From: Octopus vulgaris
Taxonomy: Eukaryota
DNA: 64,000 nt
Reading direction: 5' to 3'
Assembly: GCA_951406725.2 (NCBI GenBank)
Contig: OX597830.1
Location: 53,816,001-53,880,000, forward strand
Under the pieces are notes generated by a model. The model saw nothing but the letters and a program-made list of their open reading frames with translations, had not been told where the DNA came from and made no database searches. Both the position numbers and the translations under genes were made by a program. Of the stretch, positions 53,694-64,000 are shown in pieces (the stretch's first letter is position 1; the number at the start of each line of letters is the position of its first letter).

Positions 53694-54336
53694 TATATAT
53701 TTATTTATATACTTATTCAATCTGTCACTTTTGCCAAACTGCTAAGTTACAGGGACATAGATACACTTAGCAGTTTGACAAAAGCGACCAAGTACCAAGC
53801 TTAACAGAAAATAAGTACCGGGGTCAATTCATTTGACAAAAAATTCTTCAAGGCAGTGTTCCAGCATGGCCACAGTCTAATGAGTAAAACAAATGATAAA
53901 AGATAGTTCTCATTGTTATTGAGGATATTTTTGGTAAAGGGAGAAGTCAAATTACATCAATAGAGCTTGTCTCAGGGCAGATGTTCCCAAAGGAACCAAC
54001 CACTAAACTAAGCTTTCAACCTGAGTTTTTATGATACTAATTCTCAAACTCAATTTATGGCTGAAAGGTTATAAAAACTATCAGAAAGAGACATGCCATT
54101 AATGATCTTATTGAAGATGTGGTTCTATGAAATATTCCAGATGCCTCAGTGGAAAACAGTAGCTAATAACTTGGAATGAACACACACACACTTCAATTCT
54201 CTATACTTTAAACAAATTTCTTGAAAATCGTTTTGACAGTCTGCAGTTTGAGAATGTTGATTCCACTGGAAATTGTTGCATTCTAGCAGTTCAGAAATGT
54301 TTCAAGTTGAGCTTCATAGAAATAAGCAAACAAATA

Positions 54337-54544
54337 TGTGAGGGAGCACTGAAAGGTTCCTGGCTTGAAGGGTATCACAAAAGGCCTAGCTGGAGGCCCA
54401 GCCTCCCAAGCTCTTTTACAGGGCTTAGAAAAATTGAGTAAGTGTGTGAATCTGAGAGGGGAATATGTTGAATAAAAACAAAATTAACTGATTTTCCTGT
54501 ATTTTCTTTTGCCCAAAGCCAAGAACTTTTCAAATATTGTAGTA
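54337..54544 (+). mobile_element. mariner-derived MITE
   Basis: Imperfect TIRs (TGAAAGGTTCCTGGCTT / AAGCCAAGAACTTTTCA) and a transposase C-terminal remnant KCVNLRGEYVE*. Confidence 0.7.
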
Positions 54545-54576
54545 ATTGACATAATTACTAAAAATTAAGCCCGTCG

Positions 54577-54607
<31 letters not shown>

Positions 54608-54909
54608 GTGTGTGTGTTTGTCCCGCCCAACATCACTTGATAATAGATGCTGGTGTGTTTACATCCCCGAAACCTAGCAGTTCGGCAAAAGAGACCAATA
54701 GAATAAGTACTAGGCTTACAAAGAATAAGTCCTGGGGTCGATTTGCTCGACTAAAGGTGGTGCTCCAGCATGGCCACAGTTACATGATTGAAACAAGTAA
54801 AAGAGTAAAGAGTAATCAAAGTCTTATAACATTTCTTAGGTCTTTATAATATTCCTATTTTTTTTAAGAATATACAAAATGATAGAAAAAAAACATATAC
54901 ATTCACATA

Positions 54910-55287
54910 GGCGCAGGAGTGGTTGTGTGGTAAGTAGCTTGCTAACCAACCACATGGTTTCGGGTTCAGCCTCACTGCATGGCATCTTGGGCAAGTGTCT
55001 TCTGCTATAGCCCCGGGCCGACCAATGCCTTGTGAGTGGATTTGGTAGACGGAAACTGAAAGAAGCCTGTCGTATATATGTATATATATATAAGTGTGTG
55101 TGTATGTTTGTGTGTCTGTGTTTGTCCCCCTAGCATTGCTTGACAACCGATGCTGGTGTGTTTACGTCCCCGTCACTTAGCGGTTTGGCAAAAGAGACCG
55201 ATAGAATAAGTACTGGGCTTACAAAGAATAAGTCCCGGGGTCGATTTGCTCGGCCGCAGTCAAATGACTGAAACAAGTAAAAGAGTA
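54910..55287 (+). mobile_element. SINE family B, young full-length copy
   Basis: Same features as the copy at 53316. Other copies at about 24770-25180 (-), 56193-56595 (-) and 62620-63060 (+). Confidence 0.9.
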
Positions 55288-55399
55288 TATATACTCTAGT
55301 TTTGGGTGTATACAATATATCTAGTGGCTTTTTTTAAAGAATATACAAAGTACAAGGGAAAGACCACATACATTCACATATATGCTTCAATTTCTTTGG

Positions 55400-56160
55400 G
55401 AGCTAAATCAGTGCCTACTGACTTGTAGATAAATTCATCTCTGTTCAACTGCTGAATAACTGATAATCTTGGCAGCCATATTAGTTAGAGTAAATATTGG
55501 TTTTTCACAGAACCATTTGTTAACTGTAGTAGTTGTGCTAAATATTGACTATATTTTAGTTCAGCAAATGATGATGTCAGCCATGTAACTCCATGTTGAT
55601 TAGGTACAACGATAATTTCTCCAAGTTCCAAAAGTCTTGTAGGAAAATCAGCTAATAACTGGTCTTTATTAAGTTCTCATGATTGTTTTCAGTTTAAGTT
55701 TTTTTTAAACACATCTGCAAAAGAGACAATTGCAAACAGCTTTTGATCTGATCAGCTCTTGTCCTCTTTGGAATGATGGGAGGTTTCTGAAAGTTTCCTT
55801 TCAGGACTGCTGCTATTCTGTCAAAAAGAGAATTTATTCTAAAATTCCTAAACAATTTTATGAGACATAGTGCACTCACCTCATTGTGTATGTGTGTGTT
55901 CCAACTACATTTTCAATGATAAGGTCAGTAACTGTATGACTTTTTCTGATAGTTTTTCTAACCCTATGAGACGCTGCTGCTGGTTTGTATATACAAAGCA
56001 TCCTTAATTGTTCACTTAATAAATTGCTAGTGTGTTTACAGTGGTTTCTTTCAATGTTACAACTCTATCACACATTGTACAGGTTTTTAACCAGCACTGG
56101 GTGTAGAACCAGATTTATACACCCCATCTCTATACACAATATTATTGTGAACAGAAAATG
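55400..56160 (-). mobile_element. Degraded Helitron Pif1-helicase fragment
   Basis: AAVLKGNFQKPPIIPKRTRADQIKSCLQLSLL...LKLKTIMR matches the GDFRQxLPVIPxGTRA..CLKxS..LxxNMR motifs. Confidence 0.7.
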
Positions 56161-57139
56161 TCATGGAACTATTATATTCTCTTTTATTTTTTTCTCTTTT
56201 ACTTGTTTCAGTCATTTGACTGCGGCCATGCTGGAGCACCACCTTTAGTTGAGCAAATCGACCCTAGGACTTATTCTTTGGAAGCCTAGTACTTATTCTA
56301 TTGGTCACTTTTGCTGAACTGCCAAGTTACAGGGATGTAAGCACACCACCATTGGTTGTCAAGCGATGCTGGGGGAACAAACACAGACACACAAACATAT
56401 ACACACACACACACACACACATACATATATATATATACAATGGGCTTCTTTCAGTTTCTCTCTACCAAATCCACTCACAAGGCTTTGGTCAGCCCGAGGC
56501 TATAGTAGAAGACACTTGCCCAAGGTGCCATGCAGTGGGAATAAACCTGGAACCATGTGGTTGGTAAGCAAGCTACTTACCACACAGCTACTCCTAAAGG
56601 CCTGAGTGACAGTGGGTTCATTGGTAGTGTCTATGTGGACAGTTCAAGAGGGATCTCTGTCACTGAGAAGGAGTTCTCAGTGAGTGATATAGCCCCAAAA
56701 CAGGATTAAAGTTAATCCAGCTGATCTCTCTGTCTCAATCCACTGAAAGTATAAGCAAGATGTTTACATCTGTCTAAACATGCAGTTGTTGACTAAAAAT
56801 CTAGGAATATATTCTGTAATACATTATAGTATGGAAACAAACCATCGTAACAACCCCAGTAATTTATGAAATATAAAAGATAAAAGCTTTAGCAGAGTCT
56901 TTGTTCTTCAAACAAATATCCAGAAGAACAGTTCAATAATCAATTGAAATGAAATTGTGAAATATGAAAGAAATATAGCATTATCGGATTATTGGTTCTC
57001 TCAAGACAAAATCCTGTGGAACAATCGAAGAATCAATTTTAAAGGCAACTGTAAAATATAACTTTATCAGATAGTTCTCTAAAGAAAACCTAGTTGAACA
57101 ATCCCAGAATCAATTCTGTGCAGTTTAGAGTTATGTTTT

Positions 57140-57480
57140 CATGAGGGCAATGTTGGAAACAGCATTGTTTTGATCCATACAGGCTTGAAAACATTACAAT
57201 ATCTGCCAGGTTCACGTGTTTAATGTGGAGTTGTTCCAAAACTTCTCTACATTTCTTAAAGTCTAAAAATAGATGAAGAAAATGGATCATTCAAGCAGTG
57301 CTTTGTCTGCCATTTTAACTGGCTACGAGTATCAATGTGTAGTTCCTTGTTTGATTCTGCAGCACAATTTCTTAGGTAAGTTCTTCCATAGTCCGAGTTT
57401 ATCAATACCTTGTAAGTGGAAGTACGTTTATGGAAATTCTTTGGAAACCCATCTGATGATAACCATGATAAAATGCATTC
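57140..57480 (-). mobile_element. Highly degraded LINE RT fragment
   Basis: LHLFLDFKKCREVL...SSLYG resembles an RT subdomain. Confidence 0.5.
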
Positions 57481-57735
57481 AGTCAAATTTATAAAGGGGT
57501 TATCATTAGGAAGGGATTGCAGTTGTAGAAACTGTATCAGAAATGGAATATAGGAAAGAAACATGGCTTTCTGAGTTTGTATAGGAGGGTAGTAAGACTG
57601 GTTAAGAACTCATTTGGATTGTGATGATCCATCAAACCCATGCCAGCATGGAAAGTAGATATAAAACAATGATAATGATGCATGTGTGTATGTATGTATG
57701 TGTGTGCGTTCATGCATGTGTGTGTGTGTGTGTGT

Positions 57736-59270
57736 ATTTAATCATTTAAGTTCTTCCTCTGAAGAAGGAGCTGGTTTCTAACAAAGATCCAAAACATCTT
57801 TGGAATGTAGATAACAAAAACAATGTCACATTTTAAACCTGAGAAAAGTCTTGCATAGATTTACAATACAATCTGCTTACAGATTGTATTTTGTAATGTG
57901 CAAATCAGTGGTTGATTTCTTTCTCTGAAAATCCAGGCTTATCCAGACTGACAGTTAAGCATTTACTTACGAAACCAAGTGCTCCAATTATTATTTGTAT
58001 TGACGTAAATTTGTAATCCAGATACAGAAGCTGGAGATTTCAAAGCAGTTGTCTATAGTTATTTTCTTTTCAAAGAGATATTCTCATCAGCAGGACAGCT
58101 GACTTCTATGATATTACAAACTTTTTCTTGTCTATCCCAAACAACAATATCTGGCCTGTTATGTTTACACTTGACAGATGTTTTGATGGGAATGTTCCAC
58201 CAGTATTCCTTGTGCTGGTATTTGTGTATGTATTCAATAACAGGGGGATTCTCTATATTTATTCCAGGGCAGTCTTTTCTCCAAATGGTATTGTATACTG
58301 TTTTTAAAGGAGGCAAGCTGGCAGAATTGTTAGCATGCTGGGCAAAATGCTTAGCGGTATTTTGTCTGCCGCTACGTTCTGAGTTCAAATTCCGCCGAGG
58401 TCGACTTTACCTTTCATCCTTTCGGGGTCGATAAATTAAGGACTAGTTACACACTGGGGTCGATATAATCGACTTAATCCATTTGTCCTTGTTTGTCCTC
58501 TCTGTGTTTAGCCCCTTGTGGGTAGTAAAGAAATAGGTATTGTATACTATTTTGTGACAATGTCATGTTGCATAGGCAGGTAGTACCTAGATGACATTTT
58601 TGGGTAGCTGCTAGTCACATGTGTGATGCCTTCCACAGAAATATGACAATCTACATTTACATTTGCATCTTGGAACTCCAAGGGCTTCACTATCTCTTTT
58701 GTTGATCTCAAGCCCCTACTTCCTTTATCTCTTCTTAGGTAGAGCCTGTTGATATCACTATTTTTTGTGGAGATTTCCATTTAATGTTAGAATCTAGTGA
58801 GTTTTAATGTCTATGGAGTTGATTTCTTCTACTGATCAGCCAAGTATCCCAAATGTTGGAATCAGCACTGGTACAGCAAATACATTGTGGGATATTGTCT
58901 TGTTGTAAGAGGAGAGTTTGGACTGTTGTATTTTTCTTAGTCTGGTGTAATAATACTCATGGGTTACTCTATCTTTATTCACAGTACCTTGGTATGATGT
59001 ATTTTCATCAATGCCAAGGTATTTGCAGCATTCTTTGTGTGGGATTGGAGAGATAGTGAGATTATTGATGCACAGGTTTTGTGTCTGGGAGACTGATTTT
59101 TCCTGTTCAATAATTAAATAAGAACATTTCTTCTGATGAAATTCCATTCCTACGTCAGCTGAAAATGTTATTAATTCCAGTTGTTTTTGGCATTGATAAC
59201 ATCTTTAGCATAAATCTTAAGGTCATTTACAAAGAAATTATGGGTTACATTAATATCTCTTCCAATGCCA
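57736..59270 (-). mobile_element. R4/Dong-like non-LTR retrotransposon remnant (RT end, CCHC knuckle, restriction-like endonuclease, 3' UTR)
   Basis: THNFFVNDLKIYA, KYLGIDE, RLYLRRDKGSRGL, CHISVEGITHV...QHDIV, HNRPDIVVWDRQEKVCNIIEVSCP, IIIGALG. Stop at 57828-57826. Frameshifted and internally deleted. Confidence 0.85.
58306..58540 (+). mobile_element. SINE family A inserted in the R4-like LINE
   Basis: TSD GGTATTGTATACTRTTTT at 58287-58304 and 58536-58553. Confidence 0.9.
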
Positions 59271-59321
59271 GTTCATGCAAAATTTTCCAAGTGAAAATTT
59301 ACGTAATATTTGTGGTTTTAA

Positions 59322-59540
59322 CCCTTTCATTATCAACCCGGCTGAAACCGGCTCTGGCTCTGGGTGCAAATGTCTTGATTCCATATGTTTGAATTAAAAT
59401 CTTCCACCAAGCCTTAGTTACAATTTATGTTCCTAACACTAGCTTCATGATAACTAAGTTATTTTACTAAATTCTTTGTTATATTTAAAGCAATTGAAAG
59501 TAACACAGAGCATCTCAAAATAAATACAGTAACGAAAGGG
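59322..59540. mobile_element. piggyBac-like MITE
   Basis: TTAA|CCCTTTCATTA ... TAACGAAAGGG|TTAA. Confidence 0.85.
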
Positions 59541-60058
59541 TTAAGCATTAAATCTGCATTAAAATTTTCTGTCTTACATTGTGCATTTGCCTAACTTTAT
59601 GTTTTGCTTATACTGGGAGGAAACAAAAAGTAAATTACAATGGAAATGTCAATCAACTGTGATGAGCTGGACAGGGCAATCTATTTATATCGCTGGTGTA
59701 GAAACAATTGTAAAGGATCATTACAGATGTGTTAAAATCTTTCTTGATCTTATTTGGATTACATTTTGCTCTTCACTAAACCCGCACAACAGTTTTGTCA
59801 TTGTGAAACCTGGTATTTCTACACTGGAAGAATTTTAATATTAGTCTGGAATCCAAGTTTGTAGAAAGCCTAAAGATCAAGTTAAGTACTGCATTATCTT
59901 CCTACCCTCCCAGGATCTTATGTATGTGTGTGTGTGCATGTGTGTGTATGTGTGCATGTGCGTATATTTGAGTGTGTGTGCAAGTGTGCATGTGCATGTA
60001 TGTGAGTGCGTGTGTATGTATAATTATATATCTATATATATATGTATGTACATATGTG

Positions 60059-60118
<60 letters not shown>

Positions 60119-60201
60119 TGTGTATATATATATAGCCATGCATACACACACATGGACACACATAAACGCATGTGTATGTATACTTCTATATCTAAATGCA
60201 T

Positions 60202-60244
<43 letters not shown>

Positions 60245-60365
60245 AAAGCATATAGTTTAAGATAGTTATGTATATATATGTATATGCATATCTATCTATA
60301 TCACTACCTATATATATAAATACATACATATATATATATGCAGTTCTCAAAATAAGCAAGCATAC

Positions 60366-60473
60366 CTTAAGTGTAGAATTGGTGTCATTAAGTAAGTTGT
60401 AGAATTTAGTTACATTCTCAGTTAGAATTCTGTTCTGTTTTTGCGTTGTAGTGTGATCAATAAAATAAAGTAC
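60366..60473 (-). CDS. Candidate 108-nt phase 0-0 exon (VLYFIDHTTTQKQNRILTENVTKFYNLLNDTNSTLK) of an unidentified gene
   Basis: TACTTTCCCAG acceptor, AAG|GTATGC donor, open frame with three N-X-S/T sequons, unique island among microsatellites. Confidence 0.65.
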
Positions 60474-60659
60474 CTGGGAAAGTACTGCATGGCATGGATT
60501 GGAAGTAAGCTTGTGGTGGTGGTGGTGATGATGGAGAAGATGGTAGCTTGACAATAGTAGTGATGATGGTGGTGCTGCTGGTGTTTGGTGGTGGTGGCAG
60601 TGGGACCTTCACATATCTAAAAATGTGTATATACACACATATATGCATGTATATGCACT

Positions 60660-60695
<36 letters not shown>

Positions 60696-60701
<6 letters not shown>

Positions 60702-60940
60702 CGTGGCCAAAAGTCACTCGACAGTAACAGTAAATCAAATTTCCATGAATACTTAATATTCAATTTTATTTATTCATTCCAATTATGAATGCTTAATAAT
60801 TGAATGCTGTGAGTTAAAATCACTGTTTGATTTTAACATTTGCCTATTTATTAGCGAAAATTCATATAAAATAATTTTTTGTTTTTACCTTGGAATTAAA
60901 TGGTTTTGATTTACTGTCAGGTGACTTTTGGCCAACCCTC

Positions 60941-60942
<2 letters not shown>
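60696..60942. mobile_element. Tc1/mariner-type MITE
   Basis: TIRs TGGCCAAAAGTCAC..GACAGTAA / TTACTGTC..GTGACTTTTGGCCA with TA flanks. Confidence 0.85.
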
Positions 60943-60982
<40 letters not shown>

Positions 60983-61133
60983 TATGTTATGTGTGTGTGT
61001 GTATCTATACATATATAGATTTAGATATAGTCATCTAAAAATCTTTAACTCGGAAAAAAACCGGCACTCATATATTTGTCAATAGAATGGTTATATAAAT
61101 CAAATTATACAGAGAGCCAATCCATTACAGTCA

Positions 61134-61205
61134 ATCTTACCAATAAGTTTCACACTAGATATTAAATAACTGAACAGTTATCAAATAACCGTGTTCTTCA
61201 GAGAT
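61134..61205 (-). ncRNA. Type I hammerhead ribozyme with intact catalytic core
   Basis: Minus strand: atct-CTGAAGA-acac[...taactg/tt/cagtta...]gtgt-GAAA-ct/tatt/gg-TA-agat. GUA cleavage triplet. Confidence 0.75.
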
Positions 61206-61222
61206 GGCATGCATACCTTGAG

Positions 61223-61259
<37 letters not shown>

Positions 61260-61283
61260 TGCACGCATATATATGTGTGTGTA

Positions 61284-61325
<42 letters not shown>

Positions 61326-61751
61326 TATACATACAAATACATACATATATATATATATGTACACGCACATATATATAAATGTGTATATGTGTATATATTT
61401 GTGTGTGTGTTTGTCCCCCCACCATCACTTGACAACTGATGTTGGTGTGTCTACGTCCCCATAACTTAGTGGTTTGGCAAAATAGACTGATAGAATAAGT
61501 ACTAAGCTTACAAAGAATAAGTCCTAATACTAATCTTTGTACTTACTACAATTGTAAGTAAAATATTTGCAATCCAGGGAAGTGAACCCAGGATTTACCC
61601 ATCGGATGAATTACAATGGGATTGCACACCTTAAGTAATCTTAGATGCTTTTTACGGCTGGATGCAGTAAGCCAGAACCTGGTTTATAAATGAGGACTCG
61701 TATGATACTGGATAATTTATCCCTATCTATCCATCATATATACATATGTAT

Positions 61752-61782
<31 letters not shown>

Positions 61783-61784
61783 TA

Positions 61785-62544
61785 CAGAGTGTTTGAGCTA
61801 AATTTGAGGATTTTTCATATCTCCTTTTTCAGGAATAGCTTGATGTATTGGTAAATGGTTGATGGTATAAAGAAAAAGTTAGCTGACATGAGCAAAGTTA
61901 ACTGACATGGAGCCATCTGAATATTGGAAAAGGGTTACCTGTATCATGAGGATTCATGCTGGGTGTCAAAATGCCAACATCATAACTGCTGCTCAATGCT
62001 CTGTGAACAGTGTAAAGGCTGTAAGATGTGATATGGATAGCTGCAACACTGGCTATGAAGCTGTGGCCATCAAGATTTGACACGGTAGGCATTCTGACTG
62101 CATCCACATACCAGAGTTCATCCAACAACTTGGGAACAGGGACTTAGGTTTAATTCAGACAGTTGTGTGTAGTTGCTTGAGACTAGTCAAAGCCTGGCTG
62201 GAGAGGATTGCTGCTAGAAGGCCTTATGTGTGGCAGCAGGATTTGGCTCCTTGTCATGCCACTGAAAAGAGCTAGAGGTGGTTGTTGGAGAATTTCTAGG
62301 ATCCCTTCAGCCCCAATTTCTGGACTGCTAATTTCTTTGATTGCAATCAAGTGGATTACTATGTGTAGAGTGCGATTGAGAAAAAAGTCAACCATTTTGC
62401 TTGCAACTCGTTGGTTGAACTAGTGGCCTAGATCAAGGAGGTGTTTGCAGATCTTCTCTCAGAGTCACAGTGAGGAATGCATGCACCATATTCTGGAGCC
62501 ATCATGAGGCTGTCGTGGGAGCTGAGGGCAGCTACTTTATGTAA
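61785..62544 (+). mobile_element. Degenerate DD37D (maT-type) Tc1/mariner transposon
   Basis: TA|CAGAGTG left end. YVWQQDLAPCH...DCNQVDYYV has 37 codons between the 2nd and 3rd Asp. In-frame stops and an internal deletion. Confidence 0.8.
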
Positions 62545-62778
62545 AGTATTTATCTCTCAGCAATAATCTAGTTTACATATACATATATACGTGTATACAC
62601 ACACGTGTGTGTGTGTGTGTGTATGGTAAGAAGCTTGCTTCCCAACCACATGGTTCTGGGTTCAGTCCCACTGCATGGCACCTTTGGTAACTCTCTTCTA
62701 CTATTGTCTTGGGCTGACCGAAGCCTTGTGAGTAGATTTGGTAGATGGAAACTGAAAGAAGCCCATCGTGTATATGTA

Positions 62779-62823
<45 letters not shown>

Positions 62824-63171
62824 ACACACACATGTATACAATGGGCTTTTTTCAGTTTCTGTCTACCAAATATATGTGTGTGTTTGTGTGTATGTGTATC
62901 TATGTATGTGTTTACCTCCCTGTAACTTAGTGGTTCAGCAAAAGAGACTAATAAAACAAGTACTAGGCTTAAAAAGTTGTGGATTGATTTGTTCAGCAAA
63001 AATCCTCCAAGGCGGTGCTCCAGCATGGCTGCAGTCAATTGACTGAAACAAGTAAGAATAAAAAATATATATGTATGTATGTATATATATACATATATAA
63101 GCAGTGCCCCAGCATGGCCACAGTCCAATAACTGAAATGAGTAAGAGGTAAAAGATATATATTTGTGCTTG

Positions 63172-63213
<42 letters not shown>

Positions 63214-63693
63214 TACATGCAATCACACACACACACATACACATATATATATGTATATATATATTGATAGGTAAACAGCTTCACCAGTGATCATCAAAGT
63301 TGTATTTACAACTTTATACTTATTATGGAGATTCTAATGATGGTGTCTGACCTCAACGATTTCTGGCTGTGTCAGTACCATAAAATAATAAATCACTGGA
63401 CTAAGTTCTTTGTAGTGTCTTCATAACAGAGATGCGTTTTAATACATTCATAGATGCATGTACACATACACGCACACAGATATGTGAATACACAGATGAA
63501 TATATGTATGTACATGTGCAAAGATACACACACACACAAACACACACATATGTATGTATATTTGTACACATACAAATACATGCACATGTGTACACACACA
63601 TACACACACACACACATATATATATATGAGTGTGTAAACAAATGAAAGTAACCCTCAAAATATTATATATGTATGTGTGTGTGTGTGTGTGTG

Positions 63694-63737
<44 letters not shown>

Positions 63738-63812
63738 TGTGTATATATGTATGTATGTAGGTATGTATGTATATATATATATATACATTGTGTATATATG
63801 TATGTATGTAGG

Positions 63813-63853
<41 letters not shown>

Positions 63854-64000
63854 ATGTATTTATGTATATATATTACATAGATTAAACATACATATATGCG
63901 TATGTATATGAGTAGAATATTAGATACATTCATGTATACACATGTACATATTTGTATATGCAGCAACATCTAATACACTTCTCTACGAAAAACATATCAA

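Noticed and set aside
61140-61196. Minus-strand exon ending at a GTAAGA donor
   Set aside because: Stops in all three frames, and the sequence folds as a hammerhead.
59902-63969. Many YIYI/CVCV/HTHT ORFs here and throughout the window
   Set aside because: Translations of TA/CA microsatellites with no coding signature.

Overview
AT-rich, repeat-saturated eukaryotic DNA. The SINE families and (TA)n/(CA)n/(ATT)n/(CAT)n microsatellites point to a coleoid cephalopod, most likely Octopus (inferred from recalled repeats, not a database hit). Almost all ORFs in the track are microsatellite or repeat artefacts. The one clear gene is a GT92 (DUF23) glycosyltransferase whose membrane anchor and catalytic domain lie in one exon (39254-40520, +) that needs an upstream exon. 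Two further candidate + strand exons lie at 15442-15528 and 32411 onward. The 3' end of an unidentified convergent - strand gene is suggested by exons at 60473-60366, 47335-47279 and 45221 onward. The rest is mobile-element debris: tRNA-derived SINEs, R4/Dong-, RTE- and CR1-type LINE remnants, two Helitron remnants, a DD37D transposon, and Tc1/mariner and piggyBac-like MITEs. The most interesting hidden signal is a dispersed set of type I hammerhead ribozyme motifs. The best preserved are at 61134-61205, 50315-50402 and 21911-21955, and several degenerate copies also occur. Several lie in ~340-355-bp direct-repeat or fold-back units of Penelope-like/retrozyme-like architecture. SINEs also show a GGTAT target preference, single-TSD multimers and same-strand arrays. 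All structures were read by eye and need computational and biochemical confirmation.
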